Positions 25,528 to 35,154 of a stretch of 57,413 nucleotides of DNA are shown piece by piece (positions within the stretch are counted from its first letter, which is position 1; the number at the start of each line of letters is the position of its first letter). The position numbers and the translations under genes were made by a program. Under the pieces are notes generated by a model, which was not told the DNA's origin, did no database searches, and was given only the letters and a program-made list of their open reading frames with translations. Source of the DNA: a virus (taxonomy: Duplodnaviria; Caudoviricetes); IMG/VR virus record IMGVR_UViG_3300032116_000239, positions 1 to 57,413 of that record; one strand, written 5' to 3'.

Positions 25528-26987
25528 ATCTGGCTGGTCTGAATCTCGCCGCGCTGTCCGATGAGGAAAAGCGCGAGCTCTACGAGCTGCTCAAGCTCAA
25601 GGACACGCGGGAAAAGCGCAACCGCCTCGCAGCCTACGCCCCGTACGCCAAGCAGCGCGAGTTCCACTCCGCTTCGGCTGGCTACCGTGAGCGTCTGTTC
25701 ATGGCAGCCAACCAGAGTGGCAAAACGTGGGCTGGTGCATTCGAGATGGCCATGCACCTGACCGGTCGTTACCCCGACTGGTGGACCGGCCGGCGCTTTA
25801 ACTACGCGATTCGGGCCATGTGTGGATCCGAATCGGCCGAGTTGACACGCAAGGGTGTCCAGCGTCTGCTCATCGGGCCACCCGAGCTCAGGGACGAGTG
25901 GGGCACAGGGGCGATTCCGCATGAGGCGCTGCGCGACACCAGCATGAAGCAGGGGGTGCCCGACGCCATCAGCTCGGCTGTGGTGCGGCATGTGTGCGGC
26001 GAAGACAGCGTGCTGCAGTTCAACTCCTACGACCAGGGCCGTGGCAAGTGGCAGGCCGACACTGTGGACCTGGTCTGGATGGACGAGGAGCCGCCGCAAG
26101 CGATCTACAGCGAGGCCCTGACCAGAACCAACGCCACCAGTGGCAGCGTCTACGTGACGTTCACTCCGCTGCTGGGCATGAGCGACGTCGTCAAGCGGTA
26201 TCTGCTGGACAGGCCCACCGGCACGACCGTCATCAACATGACGATCGACGACGTCGAGCATTACAGCAAGGAGCAGCGCGAGGCGATCGTCGCGAGCTAC
26301 CCCGAGCACGAGCGAGAAGCGCGCACCAAGGGGATCCCGATCCTGGGCTCGGGGCGGGTGTTCCCGATCGCCGAGAGCGCGATCTCGATCAATCCGTTCC
26401 CTATCCCCGCGCATTGGCCGCGGATCGTCGGGCTGGACTTCGGCATCGACCACCCCACCGCTGCCGTGTGGCTGGCCTGGGACCGCGACGCCGACGCTCT
26501 GTACGTCACCGACTGCTACCGGGTCAAGGACTCCAGCATCGCGATCCACGCCGCCAGCATCAGGGCGCGCGGCGACTGGATCCCAGTCGCGTGGCCGCAT
26601 GACGGCTTGCAGCGGGATAAGGGGTCAGGCGAGCAGCTGGCCGACCAGTACCGGGCGCAGGGGTTGAACATGCTGCGCAACCGCGCCACGTTTGAGGACG
26701 GCTCCAGCGGGGTGGAGGCGGGAATCGCCGAGATGCTGACCCGGATGCAGACGATGCGTCTGCGGGTGTTCAGCCATCTCGCTGATTGGTTTGAAGAGTT
26801 CCGGCTGTACCACCGCAAGGACGGGCTGGTGGTCAAGGACGGCGACGACCTGCTCTCAGCCACCCGCTACGCCATGATGGCCCGCCGACTGGCCAAGACC
26901 CAAGACGCGGCCGTCACATCGCTGCGCCGCGGCAACATGTTCCCCGTCATCGATTACGGCGTGCTGGACGCCGAGATCGGTTACTGA
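25524..26987 (+). CDS. terL: Terminase large subunit (P22-like)
   Basis: MAANQSGKT, VWMDEEPP, TFTPLLG, GLDFG.DHP, WPHDG, DDLLSATRYA. Confidence 0.95.
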   Translation: MNLAGLNLAALSDEEKRELYELLKLKDTREKRNRLAAYAPYAKQREFHSASAGYRERLFMAANQSGKTWAGAFEMAMHLTGRYPDWWTGRRFNYAIRAMCGSESAELTRKGVQRLLIGPPELRDEWGTGAIPHEALRDTSMKQGVPDAISSAVVRHVCGEDSVLQFNSYDQGRGKWQADTVDLVWMDEEPPQAIYSEALTRTNATSGSVYVTFTPLLGMSDVVKRYLLDRPTGTTVINMTIDDVEHYSKEQREAIVASYPEHEREARTKGIPILGSGRVFPIAESAISINPFPIPAHWPRIVGLDFGIDHPTAAVWLAWDRDADALYVTDCYRVKDSSIAIHAASIRARGDWIPVAWPHDGLQRDKGSGEQLADQYRAQGLNMLRNRATFEDGSSGVEAGIAEMLTRMQTMRLRVFSHLADWFEEFRLYHRKDGLVVKDGDDLLSATRYAMMARRLAKTQDAAVTSLRRGNMFPVIDYGVLDAEIGY

Positions 26988-26998
26988 AAGCACACCAC

Positions 26999-29272
26999 AT
27001 GGACTTCCCCAAGGAAATCGATCCCGAGCTGCTGGTGGACGTCGAGGACGACACCCAGGCTGAGATGGATCCCGAGATCGACCCAGAGCGCGAGGCCGAG
27101 ATGGCGCAGGAGCGCCTGCAGATGTTCGGCTACAACATGGCGCGCCAGCGCGACGAGTGGATCCGGGATCGGTATTCCTACGGCGTGGACAAGCGCTGGA
27201 TTGAGGACCAGGACCAGTACGACAGCAAGGACAACATCGCCAAGGCCGCCAGCCAGATGATGACCAGCGTCGAGCAGGGCTACCCTGTCACGACGCAGAT
27301 GGCCAAGCCCAACCGGTCCACCGTGTTCATCGGCATGACCCGGATGAAGACCAACGCGGCTGAGGCGCGCCTGGCCGACATCCTGCTGCCCACGGACGAC
27401 AGGAACTGGGGCATCCAGCCCACGCCCGAGCCGCATGTCATGGGTATGGTCATGGACGACCGCATGGCCGGCGACAAGCTCACCGGGCAGCCGATGGTCG
27501 ACCCTGAGACGGGGCAGCCGCTGCGCGTCAAGGACGTCGCGCGGGCTGCGCTGGAGGTGGCCCGGCGCAAGGCCGACGCCATGCAGACCCGCATCGACGA
27601 CCAGTTGACGGAGTGCGACTACAACGGTGAGCTGCGCAAGGTGATCCACGACGCCGCGGTGCTGGGCACCGGGGTGGTCAAGGGACCGGTGGTCACCAAC
27701 CGCGTGCGCAAGGCCTGGCAGCCGATGACCGACGCCATGGGCCAGACCGTGCAGACGGTGATGATCGTCGAGGAGCTGGCACCGGCGAGCTTCCGCGTGG
27801 ACCCGCGCAACGTCTTCCCCGACCCCGGCTGCGGTGAGAACGTGCACACGGGCAAGGGCATCTACGAGCGCGAGAAGCTCACCGCCAAGCAAGTCCGCGA
27901 CCTGGCTAAGCAGCCTGGCTTCATGCGCGAGCAGCTGCGCAAGGTGCTCGAAGAGGGGCCCAAGCGCTCGGCCACCTTCCAGGAGCTGCGCGACGAGGAC
28001 CAGCGCGACATCGCCCGCGACACCTACGAGATGTGGACGTACTGGGGCGAGGTCGAGCACGAGGACCTGCGCAGCGCCGGCGTTGACCCGGGCGAGGAGG
28101 ACGTGCTGCGCACCATCTCCGCGTGCGTGGTGATGATCAACAGCACCGTGGTCAAAGCGTTCCTGAACCCGCTGGAGGGTGGCGACATCCCCTACGACTT
28201 CTACGTCTGGGAGAAGGTGGCCGGCTCCTGCTGGGGCTACGGCATCCCGTACCTCATGCGCAGCCAGCAGAAGGTGCTCAACGCGGCTTGGCGCCAGCTG
28301 ATGGACAACGCAGGCGTCAGCTCGGGCCCGCAGATCGTGATGAAGCCCAGCGTCATTCAGCCGGCCGACAAGCGCTGGGAGCTGAGCTCGCGCAAGATCT
28401 GGTTTGCCACCGACGACATGGACGACGTGCGCAAGGCGTTCGCCACGTTCGAGTTCGACTCGCACCAGGCAGAGCTGGCCAACATCATCAAGATGGCCAC
28501 CGAGCTCGCCGATGCGGAGACCGGTGTGCCGATGATTGCGCAGGGCGAGCAGGGCGCTGCGCCCGAGACGGTCGGGGGCATGACCCTGCTGATGAACAGC
28601 GCCAACGTCGTGCTGCGCCGACTGGTCAAGCAGTTCGACGACATGATCACCCGGCCGCACCTGCGCCGGTACTACGACTACAACATGCTCTACGACGAGG
28701 ACGAGAGCATCAAGGGCGACTTCAGCGTCGACGCCCGTGGCTCCAGCGCCCTGCTGGTGCGCGACGTCCAGAACCAGGCGTTCCTGAACCTGCTGGCCGC
28801 GGCGGCCAACCCGATCTTCGGCAAGTACATCGACCCGAAGAAGCTCTTCGAGAAGGCGCTGCAGGCGCAGCACATCGACCCGGCTGAGGTCTTCAAGCCC
28901 GAGGACGAGATCGAGGAGATGGAGGCCGCCGAGAAGCAGGCGATGGCCCAGGCGCAGGAACCGGCCGATCCGAAGATCGAGGCCGCGCGCATCCGCGCCG
29001 AGAGCGACATGGCCAAGATTCAGGCGCAAAACGACGGCGACGCCGCGGAGCTCAACACCCGACTGCAGATCGCCCAGGCCAACATCCAAGCGCGCCGCGA
29101 GCAGATGCAGATGCAGCGCGAGATCGAGATGATGCGCTTGGCCAACCAGCAGAACGTCAGCCTGGAGCAGATCAAAGCCAAGCTGGCCGAGACGTCGATC
29201 CGCGAACGCGGCAAGAAGGAACTGTTCGCGGCCGAACAGCGTCTGAAACTCGTAGCCGGATCGGGTATCTGA
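26999..29272 (+). CDS. Portal protein
   Basis: Follows terL; LGTGVVK, VDPRNVFPDP, WGYGIP; C-terminal coiled-coil barrel. Confidence 0.9.
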   Translation: MDFPKEIDPELLVDVEDDTQAEMDPEIDPEREAEMAQERLQMFGYNMARQRDEWIRDRYSYGVDKRWIEDQDQYDSKDNIAKAASQMMTSVEQGYPVTTQMAKPNRSTVFIGMTRMKTNAAEARLADILLPTDDRNWGIQPTPEPHVMGMVMDDRMAGDKLTGQPMVDPETGQPLRVKDVARAALEVARRKADAMQTRIDDQLTECDYNGELRKVIHDAAVLGTGVVKGPVVTNRVRKAWQPMTDAMGQTVQTVMIVEELAPASFRVDPRNVFPDPGCGENVHTGKGIYEREKLTAKQVRDLAKQPGFMREQLRKVLEEGPKRSATFQELRDEDQRDIARDTYEMWTYWGEVEHEDLRSAGVDPGEEDVLRTISACVVMINSTVVKAFLNPLEGGDIPYDFYVWEKVAGSCWGYGIPYLMRSQQKVLNAAWRQLMDNAGVSSGPQIVMKPSVIQPADKRWELSSRKIWFATDDMDDVRKAFATFEFDSHQAELANIIKMATELADAETGVPMIAQGEQGAAPETVGGMTLLMNSANVVLRRLVKQFDDMITRPHLRRYYDYNMLYDEDESIKGDFSVDARGSSALLVRDVQNQAFLNLLAAAANPIFGKYIDPKKLFEKALQAQHIDPAEVFKPEDEIEEMEAAEKQAMAQAQEPADPKIEAARIRAESDMAKIQAQNDGDAAELNTRLQIAQANIQARREQMQMQREIEMMRLANQQNVSLEQIKAKLAETSIRERGKKELFAAEQRLKLVAGSGI

Positions 29273-29306
29273 ACCCTAGAATTCGACCCCAAGACAGGAG
29301 CACTGT

Positions 29307-29612
29307 ATGCCCAATCTCTATATCACCGAGTTCGCCCAAGAGGGCATTGACGCCCTGGGCCGGATCGTGCCCGTGGCGAAGGTGCCGGCCGTCACCGAAC
29401 AGAAGGTTGTGTTCAGCACGAGCACGCAAAGCGCCACGCTTGATCCGCAGACCACGCTGGTACGGCTGCACGCCGACGGCATCTGCTCGGTGGCGGTGGG
29501 CGTGAACCCGACGGCCACGACGAGCAACATGCGTCTCGGGTTGAACCAGACCGAGTACTTCGCGGTTCAGGCCAACAGCGGCCTGAAGATCGCTGCGATC
29601 AACAACACCTGA
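29307..29612 (+). CDS. Small virion beta-protein (hypothetical)
   Basis: 101 aa, AGGAG RBS; NPTAT...EYF.V...KIA motif. Confidence 0.7.
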   Translation: MPNLYITEFAQEGIDALGRIVPVAKVPAVTEQKVVFSTSTQSATLDPQTTLVRLHADGICSVAVGVNPTATTSNMRLGLNQTEYFAVQANSGLKIAAINNT

Positions 29613-29624
29613 CCGAGCGCAGAA

Positions 29625-31916
29625 ATGTTTCCAGTACCGACCCACGGCTTGATGGGGGCGATGTCGGGTGCCGACATCTCGGCAGGCGTTGCGTTGGCGC
29701 TGGACTTCATCAACGGCGCCACCAGCCTCGATCGCCGCATCACCTTCTCCCGCACCACCAACGCCACGCTGACGGACAGCACGGGCAAGATTGCCTACGC
29801 GCCACACAACCTGCTGACGAACTCGGAAAACTTTGAGGCGGCGGCTTGGGCTAAATCCGCTGGTGCCAGCGTATCTGCAAACTCAACGATTGCACCTGAT
29901 GGTACTTTGACCGCCGACACAGTGACGTTTGCGGCAAGTTCAGACTTCATCAACCAGCAAATCCTGTCCTACTCCGCAGTCAACGGGCAATCAGTCACGT
30001 TCTCAATCTATGCCAGAACGGCAACACAGCTTATTGTCTTCGGCGGCGCATCGCCTGCTGGCACGGACGTATTTACAGCAACTGCTGTAGGCGGCGGTTG
30101 GTTCCGTCAAGTTGTAACACGCACCTTCACGGTGACTGTATCTGGCACTTTGCAGTTGCTGCCAGCGGGCTTGATTATCGGAGCGGGTAGTTTTCCTATC
30201 TGGGGAGCCCAACTCAACATCGGAAGCACTGCACAGTCCTACAACTCCACCACGCCCAAGAACCTGCTTGGCTTCACTCAGGAGCCTGAGAACGCAGCGT
30301 GGACCAAGAGCAACTCGTATGTGCAGCAGAACTTGCTGACATGGAGTCAGGACTTTGACAATGCGGCTTGGAACAAAGGCAACGTAACCGTTACTGCCAA
30401 TGCCGCCATTGCTCCTGACGGATCGGCCACCGCAGACAACCTTGTAACGGTGGCTACAACAGCAATTACGGGCCCTTTCACTGTTGCTGGAGTTGCGTCT
30501 GCTACCAATACGCAGAGCTTCTACGTCAAGCAAAACGTCGGCATTCGCTATGTCCAACTCTTGTGGACGAGTTCAGGAACGTCTTCTGACTATGCTGACT
30601 TTGATCTGCAAACCGGAACACTGACGGCTGGTTCCTACGCTGGAGCGTCAATCACAGCAGCAGGGAATGGCTGGTACAGAATCAGCCTGACCTCTGCGTT
30701 GTCTGCAACCGCAGGTGGTCCTTGGTTGATTGCAATTCCAACATCCACTGCTGGCCGTGGCGCAACGTATGTGGGCAACGGTACTGACGCGCTGTTTGTC
30801 TGGGGCGCTCAACTCGTCCAAGGCTCCGTCCCCGGCGATTACCAAGTCACGACCTCTGCTGCTGCGGCGGTGCAGTACAGCGATCCAAACGGGACTCGGA
30901 CGGCGGATAAGTTGGTTGAGGATGCAGCCACAGCGTTCCATTACGCTTTTCAATTAGCAACCCCTTCTAACTCAGCGCCATACACCGTTAGTTTGTATGC
31001 CAAAGCTGCCGAAAGAACTCGACTGCGAATAAGTGGTAGCGCATCAAGTTGGGCATCTCAATCAATTGCCGTTTTTGACCTCTTAAATGGGACGGTTGTC
31101 ACTAATAGTGGCGCGTTTACAAGTGCAAGTATTGTTAGTGTTGGTAATGGGTGGTATCGCTGTACAGCAACAGGCTTGTCAAATGCAGCGCCAACACCCT
31201 CTCAGGAGATGGTTCAGATAGTTTTGGTTAGCTCCGGAACTACGGCCTCCTACACCGGCGACGGCACCTCTGGCATCTTCATCTGGGGAGCCCAGCTCAG
31301 CAACAGCGCCAGCGTGGACCCCTACGTCTACAACCCGCAAGCAGCGCCCACCAGCACGGCCTACTACGGCCCGAGGTTTGACTACAACCCGGTGACGCTG
31401 GCGGCTAACGGGCTGCTGATTGAGCAACAGTCAACCAATCTTCTGTTGTGGTCTGAGGATTTCAGCAATGCGGTTTGGGTGAACAACGGTGGAACCGTAA
31501 CGTCAAATGCGTTAGTCGCGCCTGATGGCACAACGACTGCGGATTATTTGGTTCGTTCCACAGCATCTGGTGATGGTAGATATCAAGCAATATCTGCTGG
31601 AACATCTGGAGTTTTGACAGCTTCAATTTACATCAAGAAAGACACGGCGGTAAATTCTGCCATTTGGATTTACGACGCTACGGCTGTAGCGGATAGAGCG
31701 TTTGCGACCATTACTTGGTCCGGTTCCACTCCGACACTTACGGCAACAGTCGGCACTGCTGGAACACCCATAGACGCTGGTAATGGTTGGTGGCGTATAT
31801 CAATCACCTCAACAGCGCTAGTTGGGGCGAACACCAATCGCCTCTACTTGTTGCCAGCGTACACCGCTTCTAGCAATGGACAACAGACGGCATTCTGGGG
31901 TGCCCAGCTGGAGTAA
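29625..31916 (+). CDS. Head/tail fibre (spike) protein, N-terminal part
   Basis: Four NLL...WGAQL beta-sandwich modules, plus PRFDY..GLLIE..TNLL. Ends abruptly at WGAQLE. Confidence 0.8.
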   Translation: MFPVPTHGLMGAMSGADISAGVALALDFINGATSLDRRITFSRTTNATLTDSTGKIAYAPHNLLTNSENFEAAAWAKSAGASVSANSTIAPDGTLTADTVTFAASSDFINQQILSYSAVNGQSVTFSIYARTATQLIVFGGASPAGTDVFTATAVGGGWFRQVVTRTFTVTVSGTLQLLPAGLIIGAGSFPIWGAQLNIGSTAQSYNSTTPKNLLGFTQEPENAAWTKSNSYVQQNLLTWSQDFDNAAWNKGNVTVTANAAIAPDGSATADNLVTVATTAITGPFTVAGVASATNTQSFYVKQNVGIRYVQLLWTSSGTSSDYADFDLQTGTLTAGSYAGASITAAGNGWYRISLTSALSATAGGPWLIAIPTSTAGRGATYVGNGTDALFVWGAQLVQGSVPGDYQVTTSAAAAVQYSDPNGTRTADKLVEDAATAFHYAFQLATPSNSAPYTVSLYAKAAERTRLRISGSASSWASQSIAVFDLLNGTVVTNSGAFTSASIVSVGNGWYRCTATGLSNAAPTPSQEMVQIVLVSSGTTASYTGDGTSGIFIWGAQLSNSASVDPYVYNPQAAPTSTAYYGPRFDYNPVTLAANGLLIEQQSTNLLLWSEDFSNAVWVNNGGTVTSNALVAPDGTTTADYLVRSTASGDGRYQAISAGTSGVLTASIYIKKDTAVNSAIWIYDATAVADRAFATITWSGSTPTLTATVGTAGTPIDAGNGWWRISITSTALVGANTNRLYLLPAYTASSNGQQTAFWGAQLE

Positions 31917-31921
31917 CCAAC

Positions 31922-32404
31922 ATGATGGAACACGACCTCGTAAAAGAACTGTTTGACTATCGTGATGGTCACTTGTACTGGAAGAAGAAAACCAACAAGA
32001 GACACAGCATCGACAAGCCCGCTGGGACGATCAACTCCCTTGGCTACGTTGTCATCACGCTCAACGGCAAGAAGATGCATGAGCACAGGCTGGTGTGGTT
32101 GTGGCACGGCAAAGAGTTGCCTGTGATGATTGACCACATCAACCGAGACAAGTCAGACAACAGGATTGAGAACCTTCGCGCTGCTGACTACATCACCAAC
32201 TCGTACAACAGCAAGCTGAAGACCGACAACACCTCTGGCGTCAAAGGCGTGAGTTGGTGCAATACCTACAACAAGTGGGTTGTGCAGATTTACGCGAACA
32301 AGCAGAAGATTTCTAAACGGTTTGACCTGATGCAAGATGCCATTGACTTTGCCAAGCAAAAGCGCCAAGAGTTGCATCAAGCATTTGCCTGTGAAGGGGT
32401 ATAA
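31922..32404 (+). CDS. HNH homing endonuclease inserted in the fibre gene
   Basis: HEHRLVW...IDHINRDKSDNRIENLR, NTSGVKGVSW. Confidence 0.9.
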   Translation: MMEHDLVKELFDYRDGHLYWKKKTNKRHSIDKPAGTINSLGYVVITLNGKKMHEHRLVWLWHGKELPVMIDHINRDKSDNRIENLRAADYITNSYNSKLKTDNTSGVKGVSWCNTYNKWVVQIYANKQKISKRFDLMQDAIDFAKQKRQELHQAFACEGV

Positions 32405-32406
32405 AA

Positions 32407-32934
32407 ATGGCAGCATTTGCTACATCGTATATACCGACACAAGCCTCCCAAGTCACCCGAGCAGCGGACAATGCGTCGATGCTGGGGGATAACTTTGCGA
32501 CTTGGTTCAATGCGAGTCAGGGGACGTTGTACGCGGAAGCCACAAGCAGTGTTCCTAGTTCCGATGCAGTGGTTAGGTTTGCTGCCGTTGTGTTTGACGC
32601 AGCTAGCTACTCAAATGCTTTGAGACTTGAGCGTCTTGGTGGTTCTGCTAGGTATGTCCAAACCGTGAGCGGAGTAAGCAACGTAGCAACCGCGACTTGG
32701 AACGCGGGCGATACGGTTGCAATAGCAGCGGCATACCAAAACAGCAATAACGCAGCAGCGTTCAACGGCGGGGCAGCACAGGCTGTTGCTGGCAACGTGC
32801 CGACGGGGCTTGTAACTCTTGGCATAGGCGGCCACGGCACGATAAGCGCTAACAGTCTTTGCGGGTATGTGCGCTCCATCAGCTACTACCCCACGCGCCT
32901 GTCCAACGCAACTCTTCAGGCCATCACAGCATGA
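32407..32934 (+). CDS. Fibre protein C-terminal part (LamG/ConA-like)
   Basis: Begins AFATSYIPT...VTRAAD, the usual continuation of WGAQLE. Ends YYPTRLSNATLQAIT. Confidence 0.8.
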   Translation: MAAFATSYIPTQASQVTRAADNASMLGDNFATWFNASQGTLYAEATSSVPSSDAVVRFAAVVFDAASYSNALRLERLGGSARYVQTVSGVSNVATATWNAGDTVAIAAAYQNSNNAAAFNGGAAQAVAGNVPTGLVTLGIGGHGTISANSLCGYVRSISYYPTRLSNATLQAITA

Positions 32935-33257
32935 CCGACGAAACCCTAACCGAGCCCATCGTCCAAGAGGGCTACTGCGACTACATGGTGGTCTTCGCTG
33001 ATGAGGATGAGGCTATTGCAGTCCTGTACGACTCAACCACCGATGGTGAAGGCAACGTGACGCTGACGCCGCGCTTCACTGCGGTGGACATGATCGGCAC
33101 GATTTACGAGCCTGCGCCTGATCCGGTGCCTGAGAACTACAAGCCGCTGCCGTACACGGGCTACCACGCCAACGTGCGCAACATCGGGCCAGCGCCTGAG
33201 CTGGATGCGTTTGTGGTGAGCCCGACTCCCGTAACTCCTCTTCGTGTGTGGGCCTGA
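32931..33257 (+). CDS. Fibre-associated small protein
   Basis: D.IGTIY...GYHANVR...P.TPLRVWA motif usually found after this fibre type. Confidence 0.65.
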   Translation: MTDETLTEPIVQEGYCDYMVVFADEDEAIAVLYDSTTDGEGNVTLTPRFTAVDMIGTIYEPAPDPVPENYKPLPYTGYHANVRNIGPAPELDAFVVSPTPVTPLRVWA

Positions 33258-33282
33258 AGGCAGAAAGATCGTGAACGTGGCC

Positions 33283-33549
33283 ATGACTGACTCTGACTTC
33301 CAGCGGCTTGAAGCCAAAGTGGACAAGCTCACCGACGCCATCCAGCGGCTGATCCTCATCGAGGAGAGGCAGTCCAGTCAGGGCGAGCGGATCGGCAAGT
33401 GCGAGGCCTCGATCGCCGTGCACGACACGATGATCCACAAGACCGACAAGAAGGTCGACCAGTGGATCAACCGCGGCATCGGGGTGTGGGTCGCGGCCAC
33501 CATGCTCTTCGCGGTGGTGCAGTTCGGCGCCAAGTTCATGGGGAAATGA
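33283..33549 (+). CDS. Coiled-coil + single-TM protein (holin/XhlA-like)
   Basis: N-terminal heptads and a C-terminal TM helix. Confidence 0.55.
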   Translation: MTDSDFQRLEAKVDKLTDAIQRLILIEERQSSQGERIGKCEASIAVHDTMIHKTDKKVDQWINRGIGVWVAATMLFAVVQFGAKFMGK

Positions 33550-33917
33550 AGATGGGCAAAGCAGGCGAGCTGATCGCGATGGTCTTTGTGGGCCGCGACA
33601 TGGCGCATCGCGCCCACCTGAGCACGCGCAGCTACGCTGAGCACATGGCGCTCGGCGGCTTCTACGAGGGCATCATCCCGCTGGTGGACGGCTTCGCTGA
33701 GGCCTACCAGGGGCGGTTCAACGAGCTGCTGGACATCCCGCTGGCCGACAACGACTTCGAGGGCGAGATCGGCGACGTGCTGGAGCAGCAGATGTCGTGG
33801 ATCGAGGACAACCGCGAAGCCATCGCGCCGCGCAGCGAGAGCGCGCTGCACAACGCGCTGGACGAAATAGTGAGCCTCTATCAAGCGACGCTGTACAAAC
33901 TGCGTTTCCTATCGTAG
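33546..33917 (+). CDS. Ferritin/Dps-like four-helix protein (DUF5856-like)
   Basis: AHRAHL.TRSYAEHMAL..FY......D.FAEAYQG...LYKL.FL. Confidence 0.75.
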   Translation: MKMGKAGELIAMVFVGRDMAHRAHLSTRSYAEHMALGGFYEGIIPLVDGFAEAYQGRFNELLDIPLADNDFEGEIGDVLEQQMSWIEDNREAIAPRSESALHNALDEIVSLYQATLYKLRFLS

Positions 33918-33941
33918 ACTTTTTCGCGGCAAGGTGCGTCC

Positions 33942-34145
33942 ATGATCGACTACCAATCCGCCACCTGGCATCTGCTGCGAAAGTGGGCAGATGAGCAGCT
34001 AAGGCGGGCCCGCGAGAAGAACGATTCCGCGGACTTGGACGCCACAGAGACCGCCGCCCTGCGCGGCGAGATCCGACTACTCAAAAGATTCCTTGATCTG
34101 CCCAACGCGGCAGCTCGGGACCTAAGCGTGCTGCCGGACGAATAG
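33942..34145 (+). CDS. Small head-assembly-region protein
   Basis: ETAALRGEIRLLK..L.LP, typical of the gene preceding the scaffold. Confidence 0.7.
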   Translation: MIDYQSATWHLLRKWADEQLRRAREKNDSADLDATETAALRGEIRLLKRFLDLPNAAARDLSVLPDE

Positions 34146-34167
34146 TCCCGCCGCACGATGGCAAGCG

Positions 34168-34195
34168 AGCCACCTTCGGGTGGCTTTTGTGTTTT
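34168..34195 (+). terminator. Intrinsic terminator-like hairpin
   Basis: AGCCACC-TTCG-GGTGGCT followed by a T-rich tail. Confidence 0.7.
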
Positions 34196-34209
34196 CTGGA
34201 GGGCATGAA

Positions 34210-35127
34210 GTGGATGAACAGCTGACTCAGGAGCAGATGCAAGAGCTCTGGAACGAAGAGGCCGAAAAACTTGACGCCGGCGAGCAATTGCCCGCGTTAG
34301 AGCTACAGGCCGATGCGCCAGCCGCCCAAGAGGCGCCGCCGCAGGAAGAAGTTCCGCAAGCTCAAGCAGCAGTCCCGGAGCAGGCAGCCGATCCGCTCGC
34401 CGGTCTACCCGAGGAAGTGAAGGCGGCTCTGGCCAAGATCACGCACCTTGAGCAGGCCAATGCCCAGTTGCAGCACAAGGTCAATTCGGCCGAGGGTCGA
34501 GTGGCTGCGATGCAGCGTGAGTTCCAGCAGGCGAAGGTGGCGCAGCAATCCGTTGCCCCACAAGACGCGCCGACGCAGGGACAAATGGCTGCAGCGGCCA
34601 AGAACCCGGAGAAGTGGGAATCACTCAAGAACGACTTTCCTGAGTGGGCTGGTGCGATGGAAGAGTACGTCGCGTCCAAGCTCAGCGGTGTGCAGTCGCA
34701 AGACAAGCCCGGCATTTCGTCGGATTTGGTTGTCGAGTACGTCAGACGAGAAATCGCTGCCGAGCGCGAGACGATTGCCAAGCGCATCGAGGAAGCCAAG
34801 GTTGAAGGCAAGTACGACGACTGGCGCGAGACGGTGAACACACCGGAATTCGCGGCATGGTTCGCACTGCAGCCAGCCCAGACGAAAGCGCTCGCGGACA
34901 GCACTGCTGCCAAGGACGCCATTCGGCTGCTTGATTCGTACCACCAGGCCAAGGCCAAGCCCGCTGCCGAAGTGAGGCAAGAGCGCTCAGCGCGACTTGC
35001 AATGGCTGCAACAACTCGCCCGGGGCAGACACCGCCACCCAAGACGATGGGTGACATGTCGCCAGCCGAACTCTGGAACTACGAAGCCGCGCAGCGTGAG
35101 AAGACTCGCGCAGCCCGCGGCTACTGA
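34210..35127 (+). CDS. Capsid scaffolding protein
   Basis: Acidic N-terminus and coiled coil, immediately upstream of the MCP. GTG start inferred from the GGAGG RBS. Confidence 0.75.
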   Translation: MDEQLTQEQMQELWNEEAEKLDAGEQLPALELQADAPAAQEAPPQEEVPQAQAAVPEQAADPLAGLPEEVKAALAKITHLEQANAQLQHKVNSAEGRVAAMQREFQQAKVAQQSVAPQDAPTQGQMAAAAKNPEKWESLKNDFPEWAGAMEEYVASKLSGVQSQDKPGISSDLVVEYVRREIAAERETIAKRIEEAKVEGKYDDWRETVNTPEFAAWFALQPAQTKALADSTAAKDAIRLLDSYHQAKAKPAAEVRQERSARLAMAATTRPGQTPPPKTMGDMSPAELWNYEAAQREKTRAARGY

Positions 35128-35154
35128 CCACATCAACCTCAAAGGAACTGAACC

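Noticed and set aside
31914-32409. Group I intron or intein around the HNH
   Set aside because: Only 5 and 2 non-coding nt flank the ORF, no P7-like core was recognised, and stops separate the ORFs. RT-PCR is still needed to exclude splicing formally.
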